A stretch of 64,000 bases of DNA from the human T2T-CHM13v2.0 reference genome, Homo sapiens. Where the stretch lies: NCBI RefSeq assembly GCF_009914755.1, contig NC_060938.1; one strand, written 5' to 3'. The first letter of the stretch is position 1, and each line of letters begins with the position of its first letter. Below, in pieces: positions 1 to 15,944 of this stretch. The notes under the pieces were generated by a model, which saw only the letters and a program-made list of their open reading frames with translations, ran no database searches and had not been told where the DNA came from. The translations under genes and the position numbers were made by a program.

Positions 1-184
1 ACTGTTTTAAATACACAAAGAATTCCTTTCCTGCCTGAAAGGAGGGTTTCCCTCAGCAGGTACTCTAAGCAGCGAAGATGAGAGGGGGCACTATCCTAGA
101 CAGCAAGAATACAATCGTAAATGGACATGGAATATTGACCATTTCCCTGACCTCAAAGATGGAAATATCATGACAACTGTCAAT

Positions 185-345
185 TACCAAGCGCCTATCA
201 TGTGTTAGCTGCTACTCTAGGCATTTCACATATATCACCTCTAAAATGAATCCTGCAAGGTAGACGATATTATCACCACTTTACAGACAAGCAAACAGAG
301 GCTGTGAGGTCATCTGTCCAAAGTCACTCAGCTCACAAGGAAAAT
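185..345 (-). mobile_element. MIR remnant
   Basis: ATTATCACCACTTTACAGACAAGCAAACAGAGGCT...TGTCCAAAGTCACTCAGCT MIR core. Similar remnants lie near 9800-9950, 12900-13040 and 63655-64000. Confidence 0.6.
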
Positions 346-1201
346 TCACTAAAATTCTAAGATTTCTGCCTAGCTCCCAAACCTATCCCTCTTTTCATAA
401 CTCTACCCTGCTGAACATGCAATATCTCTGTGTCTTTATCTTCAGTCTCCCTAGCTTCCCATGTCACTTCTGTATTTCTGACCTGGCCATACCTCCGTAC
501 AACCCTAAGCAAGCCCACCTGCAAAACTACTTAGAGAGGGGAAAAAAGAAGAAAAAAATAAATGTCAAAAATGTTAACAGATGGGAGAAAATAAACAACT
601 ATACGGGACACTATCTCAAGCTTCAATAAAGTTGAAGTCAAACAGTATACACAACTGAAATACCCTCCTCTGATTGAAGCTTTCGCTTCAGAGTCTTTGA
701 GAATTATTCAAATTATTTAGAATAAAAAGTAAGAACTCGAGGTAGAATAGAAACTTCAGCATCTACCAAGTCAAGAAGATAACTTGGAAAACAATTCTGA
801 CTGACATTCCAATTTAATCACACTTAATGAATTCTGCACTGTCAGTGATTTCTTGGAGCCTTGGTTTCCCTCATTATATACCTACTTCAAATACACATAA
901 TGTTGTTTTTGTGAACATTATCATTCACAGACACTTTTTTTTTTTTTGAGTCAGAGTCTCACTCTGTAGCCCAGACTGGTGTGATCTTGGCTCACTGCAA
1001 CCTCCGCCTCCCGGATTCAAACAATTCTCCTGCCTCAGCCTCCCGAGTAGCTGGGATTACAGGTGCCTGCCACCATGCCTGGCTAATTTTTGTATTTTTA
1101 GTAGAAATGGGGTTTCACCATGTTGGCCAGGCTGGTCTCGAACTCCTGACCTTGTGATCCACCTGCCTCAGCCTCCCAAAGTGCTGGGATTACAGGTGTG
1201 A

Positions 1202-1453
<252 letters not shown>

Positions 1454-4228
1454 TAGCCAGGATGGTCTCGATCTCCTGACCTTGTGATCCGCCCACCTCC
1501 GCCTCCTAAAGTGCTGGGATTACAGGCATGAGCCACCACACCCGGCATAGCCACTTATTTTATTTAAATTACTTATGAAAGGAAAATTCCACAAGGGTGA
1601 ATACATTTTCTTATCTCAACAGAAACTGAAGACATGTCAATGACGACCCTCATTATCTTGAGAAAAGAATGAGAAATGAGTGTTTTGGACACTGTAATAA
1701 CCACAACTTCCCATGAGGAAGAAAAAGAAAAAAATCTAAGAATAAAGACTAAATATAGGTTTCATTGCTAATCAAAATTGCATGCGTGCAACAAATCCAT
1801 AATTTCAGTTCATAAAAATAGCTTTAAGTAAAAGTTCACAGATGAAGAAAAAATGTTTAACACAACATGAAATTCATATTCTAAGCCACCTGCTGCAAAG
1901 ATACTTTCACAAAACTCCTAGCAACTTCTTTGGATCTTGTTTAGAAGACTTTTAGATGCTCCCACTGAATGAAAGGTGTTAGGTTAATAGCGATTTCCTA
2001 TCTGTCCACGTATCATCAACGTATTTCCTACATTTGGCAACCACCACCAATCCCGATGTTTCACAGGCAAGATACCAAGATCATCACACACATCCAATTC
2101 CCCAATCTCCAACCTCCCCATCTCAACACACACCAGCTGGGAAGACAGGTGAACACAATGCTTTCACATCTGTCATAGAGCAAAGCAGCTCATATTTGGC
2201 TAGGCTAATCCTTCGGTTCAGTAATGTACTAACTTTGACAGCTTCCAAATATTACTTCACTCAAAAATTCTTTCTGAATGCTTTTTAGAGCTCAATAGCA
2301 AACCTAATATATAATATATAGTGATATATTGTTTTGCTTAAACAATTTAGTCTATGGATGAACTAAATAGATTTTTAAAAACAAACACTCACTTCCCTAA
2401 ACGTAGCATACAAAGAGATCAACTTTATAGGATCCACTTGAAACCCAAGTCTTATGACTCAAAAAATATGTATTATTTAAGAGGCAGAGAACTGGTCAAC
2501 TATCCTTGCATCTGTGGGCACAAATGAGTATCAATTGTTAACTATGACACCCTGAGGTGGTGAAATTATGTTATGACAGTACATAATTATTACCAGCCTT
2601 GCTTAAAAAAAATAAAAAATAAAAATAGGATATCCTCCTAGTCAAGTAATGTAGGTGTAGTGCCCTACATTAACACACAAATGAAAAAGAATATTCCATT
2701 AAGTAAAACTGTGAAGAAACATAATTTCACCAAGAATATTTTGATATTAAATATAGATTTGGGCCCACAGGAATGCACACTGTCTTGACTAGCCATGAAA
2801 TGACTAAAAACACTTTGAAATTTATTAACTATTTAGGTACAAGAGTGGTCATTTAAGCACTATCAAAAACCCCAAACTCCACAGTCCTTTATTTATTTTG
2901 TTAGACCCTGTCAGGTCAGAGTCTGACATAATCATGGATGATGCTTTCTTCCTTACGTAAACCATCACAAATCCAGTTTCGCTTCAAGCACTGGTACTGA
3001 AAAGCACTCACTCCACTCAATTTTCACCACCCACAAAATGCAGTGCAGATAATTCTCAATAATTTAAATTATAATAGCTCAGGAAAATTTAAAATTAGAA
3101 AGTGACAAGGAGGTGGATTCAATTTTTAACTTCATTCCATTTGTCAAATTTGAAATACTTTCAATTATTTATTTTTCCAGTCTTCACAGTAACCATAACA
3201 CCACCGATGTTAATTGCTTCACCTAACTGCGGTTTTACTGTTGCTTGCATTCTCATTTAATGAACTTCAGTTGGTACTGACAATAATTCTAGATCTAATC
3301 TTCTAAACTTTTATTCTCTTAATGAATTAATTCTATTGCATTATGTTCCCCACTATTCCAAGCAGTAGTTCATAAAATAGGGAATTAAAACACATAAAAA
3401 CTTAAGATTGTGTACTTTAATAACACAGTGGCATCCATAGAACATATAGCTGAGCCTACAGATAGATTTTATTTTATTAATTTTATTTTTTAGAGACAGG
3501 ATCTCACTCTGTCACCCAGGCTGTGTTGCAGCGATGCAATCACAGCTCACTGCAGCCTCGAACTCCTGGCCTTAAGCAATCCTCCTGCCTCAGTCTCCCA
3601 AAGCACTGGGATTACAAGCATAAGCCAACATTCCTGGCCCAGATTTTTTTGTTTGTTTATTTATTGGTCTCACTCTGTCACCCAGTCTGGAGTGCAGTGG
3701 TGCAATCATGGTTAACTGCAGCCTCAAACTCCTGGGTTCAAGGGATCCTCCTGCCTTAGCCTCTGGAGTAGCTGGGACTACAGGTATACATCACCATGCC
3801 AGGCTAATTTTTTTTTTCTTCTGTAGAGACAGGGATCTCACTCTGCTGCCCAGGTTGGTCTCAAGCTCCTGGCCTCAAGAGATCCTCCCGTCTCAGCCTC
3901 CCAAATCACTGTAATTACAGGGGTGAGCCACAGTGCCCACACAGATTTTATTTACAGTTTTTCTTTAAGAGACTTGATGTTTTTTTGTTGTATATTTCAT
4001 TTTTATGGTCTAAAAGTAAATTAGCAATATTTTTAAAAGGCAAGCAATGAAGTGACTTGTTTGCATGGAAACCACAATATCATAAAATACAATAAGCACA
4101 ATGTTACCATGACAAGAGAACTTTTTAAAATTCCAACTCCAACAATAAGACTACCTCAAAGTAATCTTCCATCATAATGTTATTATAAATAATCACATGG
4201 AAAAATAAAAGTATAATATAAGAATATG

Positions 4229-4335
4229 CAGGCTGCTCTGCCTACAGAGTAGCCATTCTTTTATTCCTTTACTTTCTTAATAAACTTGCTTTCACTTAAA
4301 AAAATTAAAAATAAAAAAATAAAAAAAATAAAAGA
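4229..4335 (+). mobile_element. Polyadenylated ERV1 LTR fragment (LTR10/HERV-I-like R region)
   Basis: GCTGCTCTGCCTACAGAGTAGCCATTCTTTTATTCCTTTACTTTCTTAATAAACTTGCTTTCACTT followed directly by an A-rich tail. Family recalled from consensus. Confidence 0.7.
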
Positions 4336-4354
4336 GGCCGGGCGCAGTGGCTCA

Positions 4355-4660
<306 letters not shown>

Positions 4661-5036
4661 TTATGACTGGGTAGGGGATCTAGAGGTGATTTATATATTC
4701 TGTGGTTGTATATTTGAGGGTGTATAAATGTTCTTGGGATCAAGGACAAACTCTTTTTTTTTCTCTTGAGACAGAGTCTTGTTCTGTCACCCAGGCTGGA
4801 GTGCAGTGGTACGATCTCTGCTCAATGCAACCTCTGCCTCCCGGGTTCAAGTGATTCTCCCCCCGAGTAGCTGCGATTACAGGCACACACCACCATGCCC
4901 AGCTAATTTTTTTTTTTTTTTTTTGTATTTTTAGTGGAGACAGGGTTTCACCGTGTTGGCCAGGGGGGTCTCGAACTCCTGACCTCAGGTGATCTACCCA
5001 CCTCGGCCTCTCAAAGTGCTGGGATGACAGGCATGA

Positions 5037-5295
<259 letters not shown>

Positions 5296-5438
5296 TGATC
5301 CGCCCGCCTCGGCCTCCCAAAGTGCTGGGATTACAGGTGTGAGCCACCACGCCTAGCTCCTACGGACAAACTCTTAATTCAGTCTTGAGGATTTGGCCCC
5401 AGAAAACCTTAATAGCCCATCCAGTCTCTGATCTCTAG

Positions 5439-5639
<201 letters not shown>

Positions 5640-5759
5640 TAGCCAGGATGGTCTCGATCTTCTGACCTCATGATCCGCCCGCCTCGGCCTCCCAAAGTGC
5701 TGGGATTACAGGTGTGAGCCACCGCGCCCAGCCAAGAAGAACCTTATCAACCTGCCTGC

Positions 5760-5995
5760 CCTGTCTTCTTCTCTCAGCATAATCGCTTCCTCTGAGAAAC
5801 CTTCCCTGAATGGCCACCCTATTTCTCCAAAAGCACTTGCCATTGTTGGAATTCTATCTTTGTCTGTTCAGGTGATTAATATCTATCTCTCCAAATATCA
5901 GAGACCAATCCTGTTATGCTCATCACTGTATTCCCAGAACAGTGTCTGGTGTATCATATGGCTCAACAGAAATGTGTTGAATGAATGAATAAATG
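5760..5995 (+). mobile_element. L2 3' end remnant
   Basis: CATCACTGTATTCCCAGAACAGTGTCTGG...GCTCAACAGAAATGTGTTGAATGAATGAAT terminus. Confidence 0.65.
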
Positions 5996-6226
5996 GACTG
6001 AACTGCATAGCCCACTGTAACAATCATAAAAATGAGAATTTAAGGCCCTTGGAGGAGACTGAGTTAGCCAGGTCCTAGGCGGACTCCTTTCATAGCTGTT
6101 TGCTTCATATACATTTAGAAAAACACATGCGTGGCCAGGTGCAGTGGCTCACATCTGTAATCCCAGCACTTTGGGAGGCCGAGGCGGGTGGATCACGAGG
6201 TCAGCAGATTGAGACCATCCTGGCTA

Positions 6227-6541
<315 letters not shown>

Positions 6542-6955
6542 CTAAAGCATATACCATTTCTAGAACATCTCACTAAACCAGTACAGTTAAAATAAATCCC
6601 AGTTACTTGAACTGCCTTTTAAAATGTTAAGACATAAATCTAAATATAATACAATATAGCTCTATTCAACATAAGTTTTAGAACTTCATCTAAACTGTTT
6701 TTGATTAAAATATCTTTAAACTTTCTTAAAGTGAAATGAGCATTATTTCTAGAAGACGGGTTACTATTAAAAACACCAGTTAGTTGGCCGGGCGCAGTGG
6801 CTCATGCCTGTAATCCCAGCACTTTGGGAGGCGGAGGCGGGCAGACCACAAGGTCAGGAGTTCAAGACCAGCCTGACCAACATGGAGAAATCCCGTCTCT
6901 ACTAAAAATACAAAAATTAGCCAGGCATGGTGGCACATGCCGGTAATCCCACTCA

Positions 6956-7138
<183 letters not shown>

Positions 7139-7336
7139 TCACAGAACAGGGAATACTGAAACTTTCTTCTACTTTAAAAAGTCCCCTGTTTCAATCTGCT
7201 TTCCAGTCCTTTTGATTTTTGCTCACAAACTGGGGGAAAACACCACTCCTTCTGATGCATGGCTATCTTCCTGAAAAATTAATTTGATGAGGTTGTGCAA
7301 CCAGAGGCTGAAGTGAAGTTACAAAGGTTACACGCT

Positions 7337-9126
7337 GCCCTCCCCCTCCCCCTCCCCCTCCCCCTCTCCCCACGGTCTCCCTCTGATACCGAGCCGAAGC
7401 TGGACTGTACTGCTGCCATCTCGGCTCACTGCAACCTCCCTGCCTGATTCTCCTGCCTCAGCTTGCCGAGTGCCTGCGATTGCAGGCACGCGCCGCCACG
7501 CCTGACTGGTTTTCGTATTTTTTTGGTGGAGACGGGGTTTCGCTGTGTTGGCCGGGCTGGTCTCCAGCTCCTAACCGCGAGTGATCCACCAGCCTCGGCC
7601 TCCCGAGGTGCCGGGATTGCAGACGGAGTCTGGTTCACTCAGTGCTCAATGTTGCCCAGGCTGGAGTGCAGTGGCGTGATCTCGGCTCGCTACAACCTCC
7701 ACCTCCCAGCCGCCTGCCTTGGCCTCCCAAAGTGCCGAGATTGCAGCCTCTGCCCGGCCGCCACCCCGTCTGGGAAGTGAGGAGCGTCTCTGCCTGGCCG
7801 CCCATCATCTGGGACGTGAGGAGCCCCTCTGCCTGGCTGCCCAGTCTGGAAAGTGAGGAGCGTCTCTGCCCGGCCGCCATCCCATCTAGGAAGTGAGAAA
7901 CGCCTCTTCCCGGCCGCCATCCCATCTAGGAAGTGAGGAGCGTCTCTGCCCGGCCGCCCATCGTCTGAGATGTGGGGAGCGCCTCTGCCCCGCCGCCCCG
8001 TCTGGGATGTGAGGAGCGCCTCTACCCGTCCGCGACCCCGTCTGGGAGGAGAGGAGCGTCTCTGCCCGGCCGCGACCCCGTCTGGGAGGAGAGGAGCGTC
8101 TCTGCCCGGCCGCCCCGTCTGAGAAGTGAGGAGCCCCTCCGCCCGGAAGCCGCCCCGTCTGAGAAGTGAGGAGCGTCACCGCCCGGCAGCCACCCCGTCC
8201 AGGAAGGAGGTGGGGGTCACCCACCGCCAGGCCAGCCGCCCCGTCCAGGAGGGAGGTGGGGGGGGTCAGCCCCCCGCCCGGCCAGCCGCCCCGTCCGGGA
8301 GGGAGGTCGGGGGGTCAGCCCTCTACCCGGCCAGCCGCCCCGTCCGGGAGGGAGGTGGGGGGGTCAGCCCCCTGCCCGGCCAGCCGCCCCGTCCGGGAGG
8401 TGAGGGGCGCCTCTGCCCGGCCGCCCCTACTGGGAAGTAAGGAGCCCCTCTGCCCGGCCAGCCGCCCCGTCCGGGAGGGAGGTGGGGGGGTCAGCCCCCC
8501 GCCCGGCCAGCAGCCCCTTCCGGGAAGTGGGGGGCGCCTCTGCCCGGCCGCCCCTACTGGGAGGTGAGGAGCCCCTCTGCCCGGCCACCACCCCATCTGG
8601 GAGGTGTGCCCGGCAGCTCATTGAGAACGGGCCATGATGACAATGGCGGTTTTGTGGAGTAGAAAGTGGTGAGAGGTGGGGAAAAGAGTGAGAAATCGGA
8701 TGGTTGCCGTGTTTGTGTAGTAGGAGGTAGACATGGGAGACTTTTCATTTTGTTCTGTACTAAGAAAAATTCTTCTGCCTTGGGATCCTGTTGATCTGTG
8801 ACCTTACCCCCAACCCTGTGCTCTCTGAAACATGTGCTGTGTCCACTCAAGGTTAAATGGATTAAGGGCGGTGCAAGATGTGCTTTGTTAAACAGATGCT
8901 TGAAGGCAGCATGCTCGTTAAGAGTCATCACCACTCCCTAATCTCAAGTACCCAGGGACACAAACACTGCGGAAGGCCGCAGGGTCCTCCGCCTAGGAAA
9001 ACCAGAGACCTTTGTTCACTTGTTTATCTGCTGACCTTCCCTCCACTATTGTCCCGTGACCCTGCCAAATCCCCCTCTGTGAGAAACACCCAAGAATGAT
9101 CAAAAATAAATAAATTAAAAAAAAAA
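7337..9126 (+). mobile_element. Full-length SVA retrotransposon (SVA_D-like), antisense to PPP2R5E in intron 2
   Basis: (CCCCCT)n hexamer head ~7337-7368, antisense Alu-like domain to ~7745, GC-rich VNTR ~7746-8610, SINE-R ~8611-9105, then AATAAA and an A tail. Flanked by ACAAAGGTTACACGCT at 7321-7336 and 9127-9142. Subfamily is tentative. Confidence 0.96.
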
Positions 9127-10959
9127 ACAAAGGTTACACGCTAAAAAAAAAAAAAAAATTAATTTGATGAGATAAAGATCAAAAGTAGCCTTCTTACCCT
9201 CAAAAAAACTCTTCACCTTTGCTATAAATATTCTTGCATTCAAAGTACTCATTCAATCAAAAACAGTGTTGTGTGCTTATAATGTGTAAGGCACACAACA
9301 GCTGTGATTCCTACACTGCTAGTAGAAGACAGCCCTTAGGAGCCTGAACCTACTCTGAATTCTCACTATATTTCCTCATAAGATATGGTGGAGGAGTATG
9401 CCCTACTATTGCCAGATATTGTTTCCTGGGGGCACTTCAGTAAAAGGTTAATTCAAGTCTGTATCTCCCTTATTAGAAGACAGTATTTTTCCTGAAATGG
9501 TGCCAAGTCTCAATTTGCTACATGTTCTTTTTAATGTTTTAACATTTTACTTTGAACAGTGTTCCAGGCACAAGCAGCCCTGAATTAATTAAATTAAAAT
9601 TTAACGTCACTGTGAGACAAAAGTCTTTCATGGTGCCTACATAACGGATGAACTTTTGCCAGATTGCTTCTCTCACAACACTGCATATTCTGAAACAAGA
9701 TCCAGGTCCACAGGGCTGACTTCAAGAAAGATAAATGGCAAACAGAGAGATGAGGGAACGCATATTTATTAAGCAGCCAACCACTATTCAGACAGTTTAC
9801 CCACAATGCCTCACTTACTCTTCACAACCACCTTGGGCAGCATGAATCTCGTTTTACCAAAAGGGAGACTGAAGTTCCAAAGACGTTTAAATAACTCACC
9901 TCAGTTCATAAAGCTAAGATTATCACCTAGACTTGAACCCAGACCCTTTCCTACAATAAGTGAGTTCCCCAAAGATGGAGGGATGAGTGTTCAAGGACAC
10001 CACAGCCAGAATGCTACCAGTTTACTGAACTGTTCCTTACTATTCCATGACTGACATGACTGACATGCCTTCACCAGGACACAGCATGAGTTGCACAGGG
10101 GCCCAGGGACACGTCTTGTGCCCAGCTCCCCGGCCTGGCCAGCCTTCTTGAGGAGCCCAGAGCCCACGGCCTGCCACACCTCTCCCCATCACCACCCACA
10201 GTGCTGCTGCAGGCCTGGCTGCTCCCCTCATTCTTCTCTTCTCTGCTTTGCTTTCTCACCACCTTCAGTCTCCTCGTAATTTTTAGAGTACTTGCAAAAA
10301 CGTCTTAGTAAATCACCCCAGCACAGTATGACCAAGATTGCGGTTAGCTGTTCTCACCTGCACACATTTATGACTAACGGCCACAACAAGGAAGTTACCA
10401 GCTTTAGAGCCAGACCGGCCTAGGGTCCCACCCCTGGCTCTCTCTGCACGAGTGGGCAAGTTACTTTGCCCTCAGTTAAAAGCAAACATCGCTTGTTCTT
10501 GGTATTGGGCGTGCAGCTTAAATGAGACGCCATGTGGTACATTGCCTGGCACACCGAAAAACCAACAGACATCTCTTCTTAACTGATTGCTAACCTATTT
10601 CTTTACCAGCAGAAACAACCTGACTTTCTCCTCCCAAATTCTCCCAGGTCCACAGCCATTCCAGAAAAATGTTTCTTTACAGGCACACTCAATTTTATCA
10701 CTGGTATTCCTATTCACCCAGCTTAATTTTTCAAATGATGCAGATCAAAATTTTCCAGCCAACCACACACTACAGTCATGTAGTAACTTCTCCCTTCAAA
10801 TACCTTTTAAAATTCTATTTGGTATCAAAAAGAATCAAAAATCAGGAAAGACATACAGGAGAAGAAACCTCTAGTCATGAGAGCTCCCTTCTACAGAGAG
10901 AGATGACAAATTCTGTCTCCACTCTGAGTGAGAAAACATGCCAACCACCCAAAGCAACT

Positions 10960-11100
10960 GTTCCTAGCCTTTGGAGAAACTCCTTTGAGAATCTGATGAA
11001 AGCTCTACCTTTGTCCGGAAAAGTGTCAGTCTGCACAGAGACACAAAATACTCCCTGGAATTTCAAGAGGGTCAAGGGCCCTCTAAAACTCACCCACTGA
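10960..11100 (+). mobile_element. hAT-Charlie MITE remnant (Charlie4z-like), copy 1
   Basis: Core CCTTTGAGAATCTGATGAAAGC...CACAAAAT...AATTTCAAGAGGGTC. Confidence 0.55.
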
Positions 11101-11235
11101 CCACAAGATAAGAGCCATCAACAAAGAGCCATCTGTGATACTCTTTAAACTGGTAAAATCCTCAATTCAGATTTTGTTTCCTTAAGGTGCAATAAACTTA
11201 AAAGCCTATGCAAAGACCTCAAGAAGGTACACTAA

Positions 11236-11601
<366 letters not shown>

Positions 11602-12243
11602 TAACATGGCTCAAAACCCAAAGAGAAAGTTCTCTCTTTGAATCTAAATATCAAAACAAAGCTGTGTTCCAGACCAGTGTGTGTGCTGGGGAATGGGCAA
11701 GCGAAATGGAGGCACGAAAGTATTAGAACTCTATATCTTATTTTTCAATATCATCCTTTTTAAACATCTCTATGTTTGTATATGTTTTAATGTTGTGTAA
11801 CAGGACAAATACAAGAGTGCTGAAGTTATATTCTCTGATAGAAGTAAGCAATTACAAAAACATTTGAAGATCCTGTCCTGGGAAACAACTTTCTCTCTTT
11901 CTGTCTCTCTGTCTCTCTTTCTCTTTCTCTCTCTCTCTCTCAATCTTTCTCTCTTTCTCTTTTTCTTTTTGAGACAGGGTCTCACTCTGTCACCCAAGCT
12001 GGAGTGCAGCAGCATGATCTTGGCTCACTGCTGCAGCCTTGACCTCCCGGAATCAGGTGATTCTCTCACCTTGGCCTGCAGAGTAGCTGGGACGACAGGA
12101 GCATGCCTCCACACCTGGCTAATTTTTCTATTTTTTGTAGAGACAGAGTTTTGCCATGCTTCCCAGGCTGGTCTTGAACTCCTGGGCTCAAGCGATCCTC
12201 CCACCTCAGCCTCCCAAAGTGCTAGGTAGGATTACAGGTGTGA

Positions 12244-12351
<108 letters not shown>

Positions 12352-12425
12352 TGAGGTTGGCAGCTCAAGACCAGCCTGACCAACACAGTGAAACCCCATT
12401 TCTACTAAAAATACAAAATTAGTCA

Positions 12426-12566
<141 letters not shown>

Positions 12567-14655
12567 TCAAAAAAAAAGAAAGTTTATCTAATAATAATTT
12601 TACCTGGTAATGCTCCATAAATGGAATTTCCCTTGAAAATAATTACATTAGCCACTTTAAATTCTGATTCCAGAAACAAGAAATCTGTCTCAAACTGACA
12701 TTAACTAAACAGTAATGCTGAGATTGTTCCATAAGAACTAGTTTCTCCTTTTTGCTTTAAAAGTATAATTCTCACAGCTGTATATACTCCATATTTTTCT
12801 TCCTTAAATGCAAAGAATCCATGTAACGTGTTAAAGGAACAAAAATCAACTAAAAGACGTTAGTAAACATTTGCCATTGTGTACTTTTTCCTATAATTAT
12901 AGTAGTTAATATTCTTCAACTCATACAGTGTATCTAGCACTAGGCTAAATGTTTTACCTGCCTTCTGGAATTTAATCTGACTCTATGATATGGCTTCTAT
13001 TACTCTCCCAGTTTTAGAGAGAAGAAAACCAAGGCTTAGAAGTCAGCTCCTGGCCAGGTGTGGTGGCTCAATGCCTGTAATCCCAGCACTTTGAGAGGCC
13101 AAGGCGGGCGAATCACACGGTCAGGAGTTCAAGACCAGCCTGGCCAACATGGCAAAACCCCATCTATACTAAAAATACAAAAACTTAGCTGGGCGTGGTG
13201 GTGGGTGCCTGTAATCTCAGCTACTCAGGAGGCTGAGGCAGAAGAATTGCTTGAACCCGGGAGGTGGAGGTTGCAATGAGCAGAGATCGCGTCACTGCAC
13301 TCCAGCCCAGGCGACAATGTAAGAAAAAAAAAAAAAAAGTCAAATGGCTTCTAATGGTGGACTCAGAATTCAAACTCAGGTATGTGTGACCCCAGGGCCT
13401 ACATTCTTACTGAGGGAAACTATGCTTAATTCTACTGTAACATAAAAATAAGATTCCATATAAGTTTTCAAAAAAAAAACCTTCAAATACAAAAGGTAGA
13501 AACCATTTTTAAGTATTAAAAGAGGATGTCATCACTTGCAAACAAAAGAACTACTTTAGCCTATTCGAAATATCTAGAAACTTTACTGATCTTTTTCAAG
13601 CACTACAAAATCTAATTACTATTATGAGCCAATATTATAAAATGTAAGTTTTACAAATCAGAGAACATTTGCCCATAAAACTCTGCTCTGAAAGTCCATT
13701 ATAATATTCAGATATGCTATTCTCTCTTAAACTATATAAAGTCTGGTGATCTGATTAGGCTATAATCAGTCCTCAAATACGCAGAACAGAGGGATTTCAC
13801 TGGACTTAACGTCTTAACTTTTGTGAAATGAAAGTGATGAATTTGCAAAGTAAAAGGAATCACTCTAAGTTTTTCGTCTATAAAATCCACTCCATTCTCT
13901 CTATATAATATACCACTTATGTTTTTAACCTGAAACATGCAGAATTACCAAAGCACAAACCCACTCAGGATTTTAATTGAACACTCAGCAATGTGATCCT
14001 TTTAAAATAAAAAGTTTTCATTAAACAAGTTTATATTTTGTGTAAATTATAAGTTAAAATAAAATTGGCATTAAAATTTTATTTTTTTAAACTAAAATTG
14101 GCCTGGGTTTTGCAAAAAAAAAATAAACTGTTTAAATATTTATGAAGGAAAAATAAATGCCTTTATTACTTATTAGTCAACTAAGTCAACCTAAATGTGA
14201 AATAAAAATGTTCGTTCATTTACTAAGAAATATTTATTGAATGCCAATTACGTACAAGGCACTGTTCGAAGCCCTAGAGATAAGAAAAACAAGATTTCTA
14301 CACAGAAGATCATATTTTAATGGGGGAGGGGAGATATATCAGACAAGTGAACAAACAAAGATAAAATAATTAAAGATTATAAGAAACAACAGAGTAATAG
14401 AAACTTCAAACACTTTTTTTTCCAAGAGACAAGGGTCTTGCTGTCACCTAGAGCAAGCAATCCTCCTTCCTGTCTCGGCCTCCCAAGTAGCCAAGACACA
14501 GGTGCATGCTACCATTTCCAGCTAATTTTTTAATTTTCTAGTAGGAACAGGGGTCTCACTATGTTGCCCAGGTTGATCTTGAACACCTGGCCTCAGGAGA
14601 TCCTCCTGCGTCCTCCCAAAGTGCTGGGATTACAGGCATGAGCCACCTTGCCTAG

Positions 14656-15012
<357 letters not shown>

Positions 15013-15415
15013 TGATCCACCAACCTCAGCCTCCCAAAGTGCTGGGATTACAGGCGTGAGCCACTGTGCCCAGCCGAAAGACTGTTTTCTAAAGTCATCA
15101 AGGAAGTCCCCAAGGAGGTCCCACTGGAGCTAAAACTTGAATGATAAGAAGTTGGGGAAGAAAATTCTAGGTAGAAAAGGACCACTTCATCTTATGAGAA
15201 CATTCATTTGGCACTTCAATATTTATATGCCCTGTCTTGCATATAAATATTGCATATAAATATCCAGGTTACATCCTGGACGGACGCACATTATGATGAA
15301 TGCTGTTTATGGCTTACAGTGTTTTATGGTAAGGGTAGATGCATATGTGCACACAGAGCAGCTAACACGATACTCAGAAAATAGTAACAACACAATTCCC
15401 ATTTAGTCTAAGCCA

Positions 15416-15944
<529 letters not shown>

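Noticed and set aside
7426-9099. Many overlapping ORFs, and a tandem array that superficially resembles a CRISPR array
   Set aside because: These are the SVA Alu-like, VNTR and SINE-R domains. The units have no unique spacers and there are no cas genes.
10587-11100. 95-aa and 143-aa non-Alu ORFs
   Set aside because: They partly overlap a DNA-transposon remnant, lie antisense within an intron and resemble no known protein.
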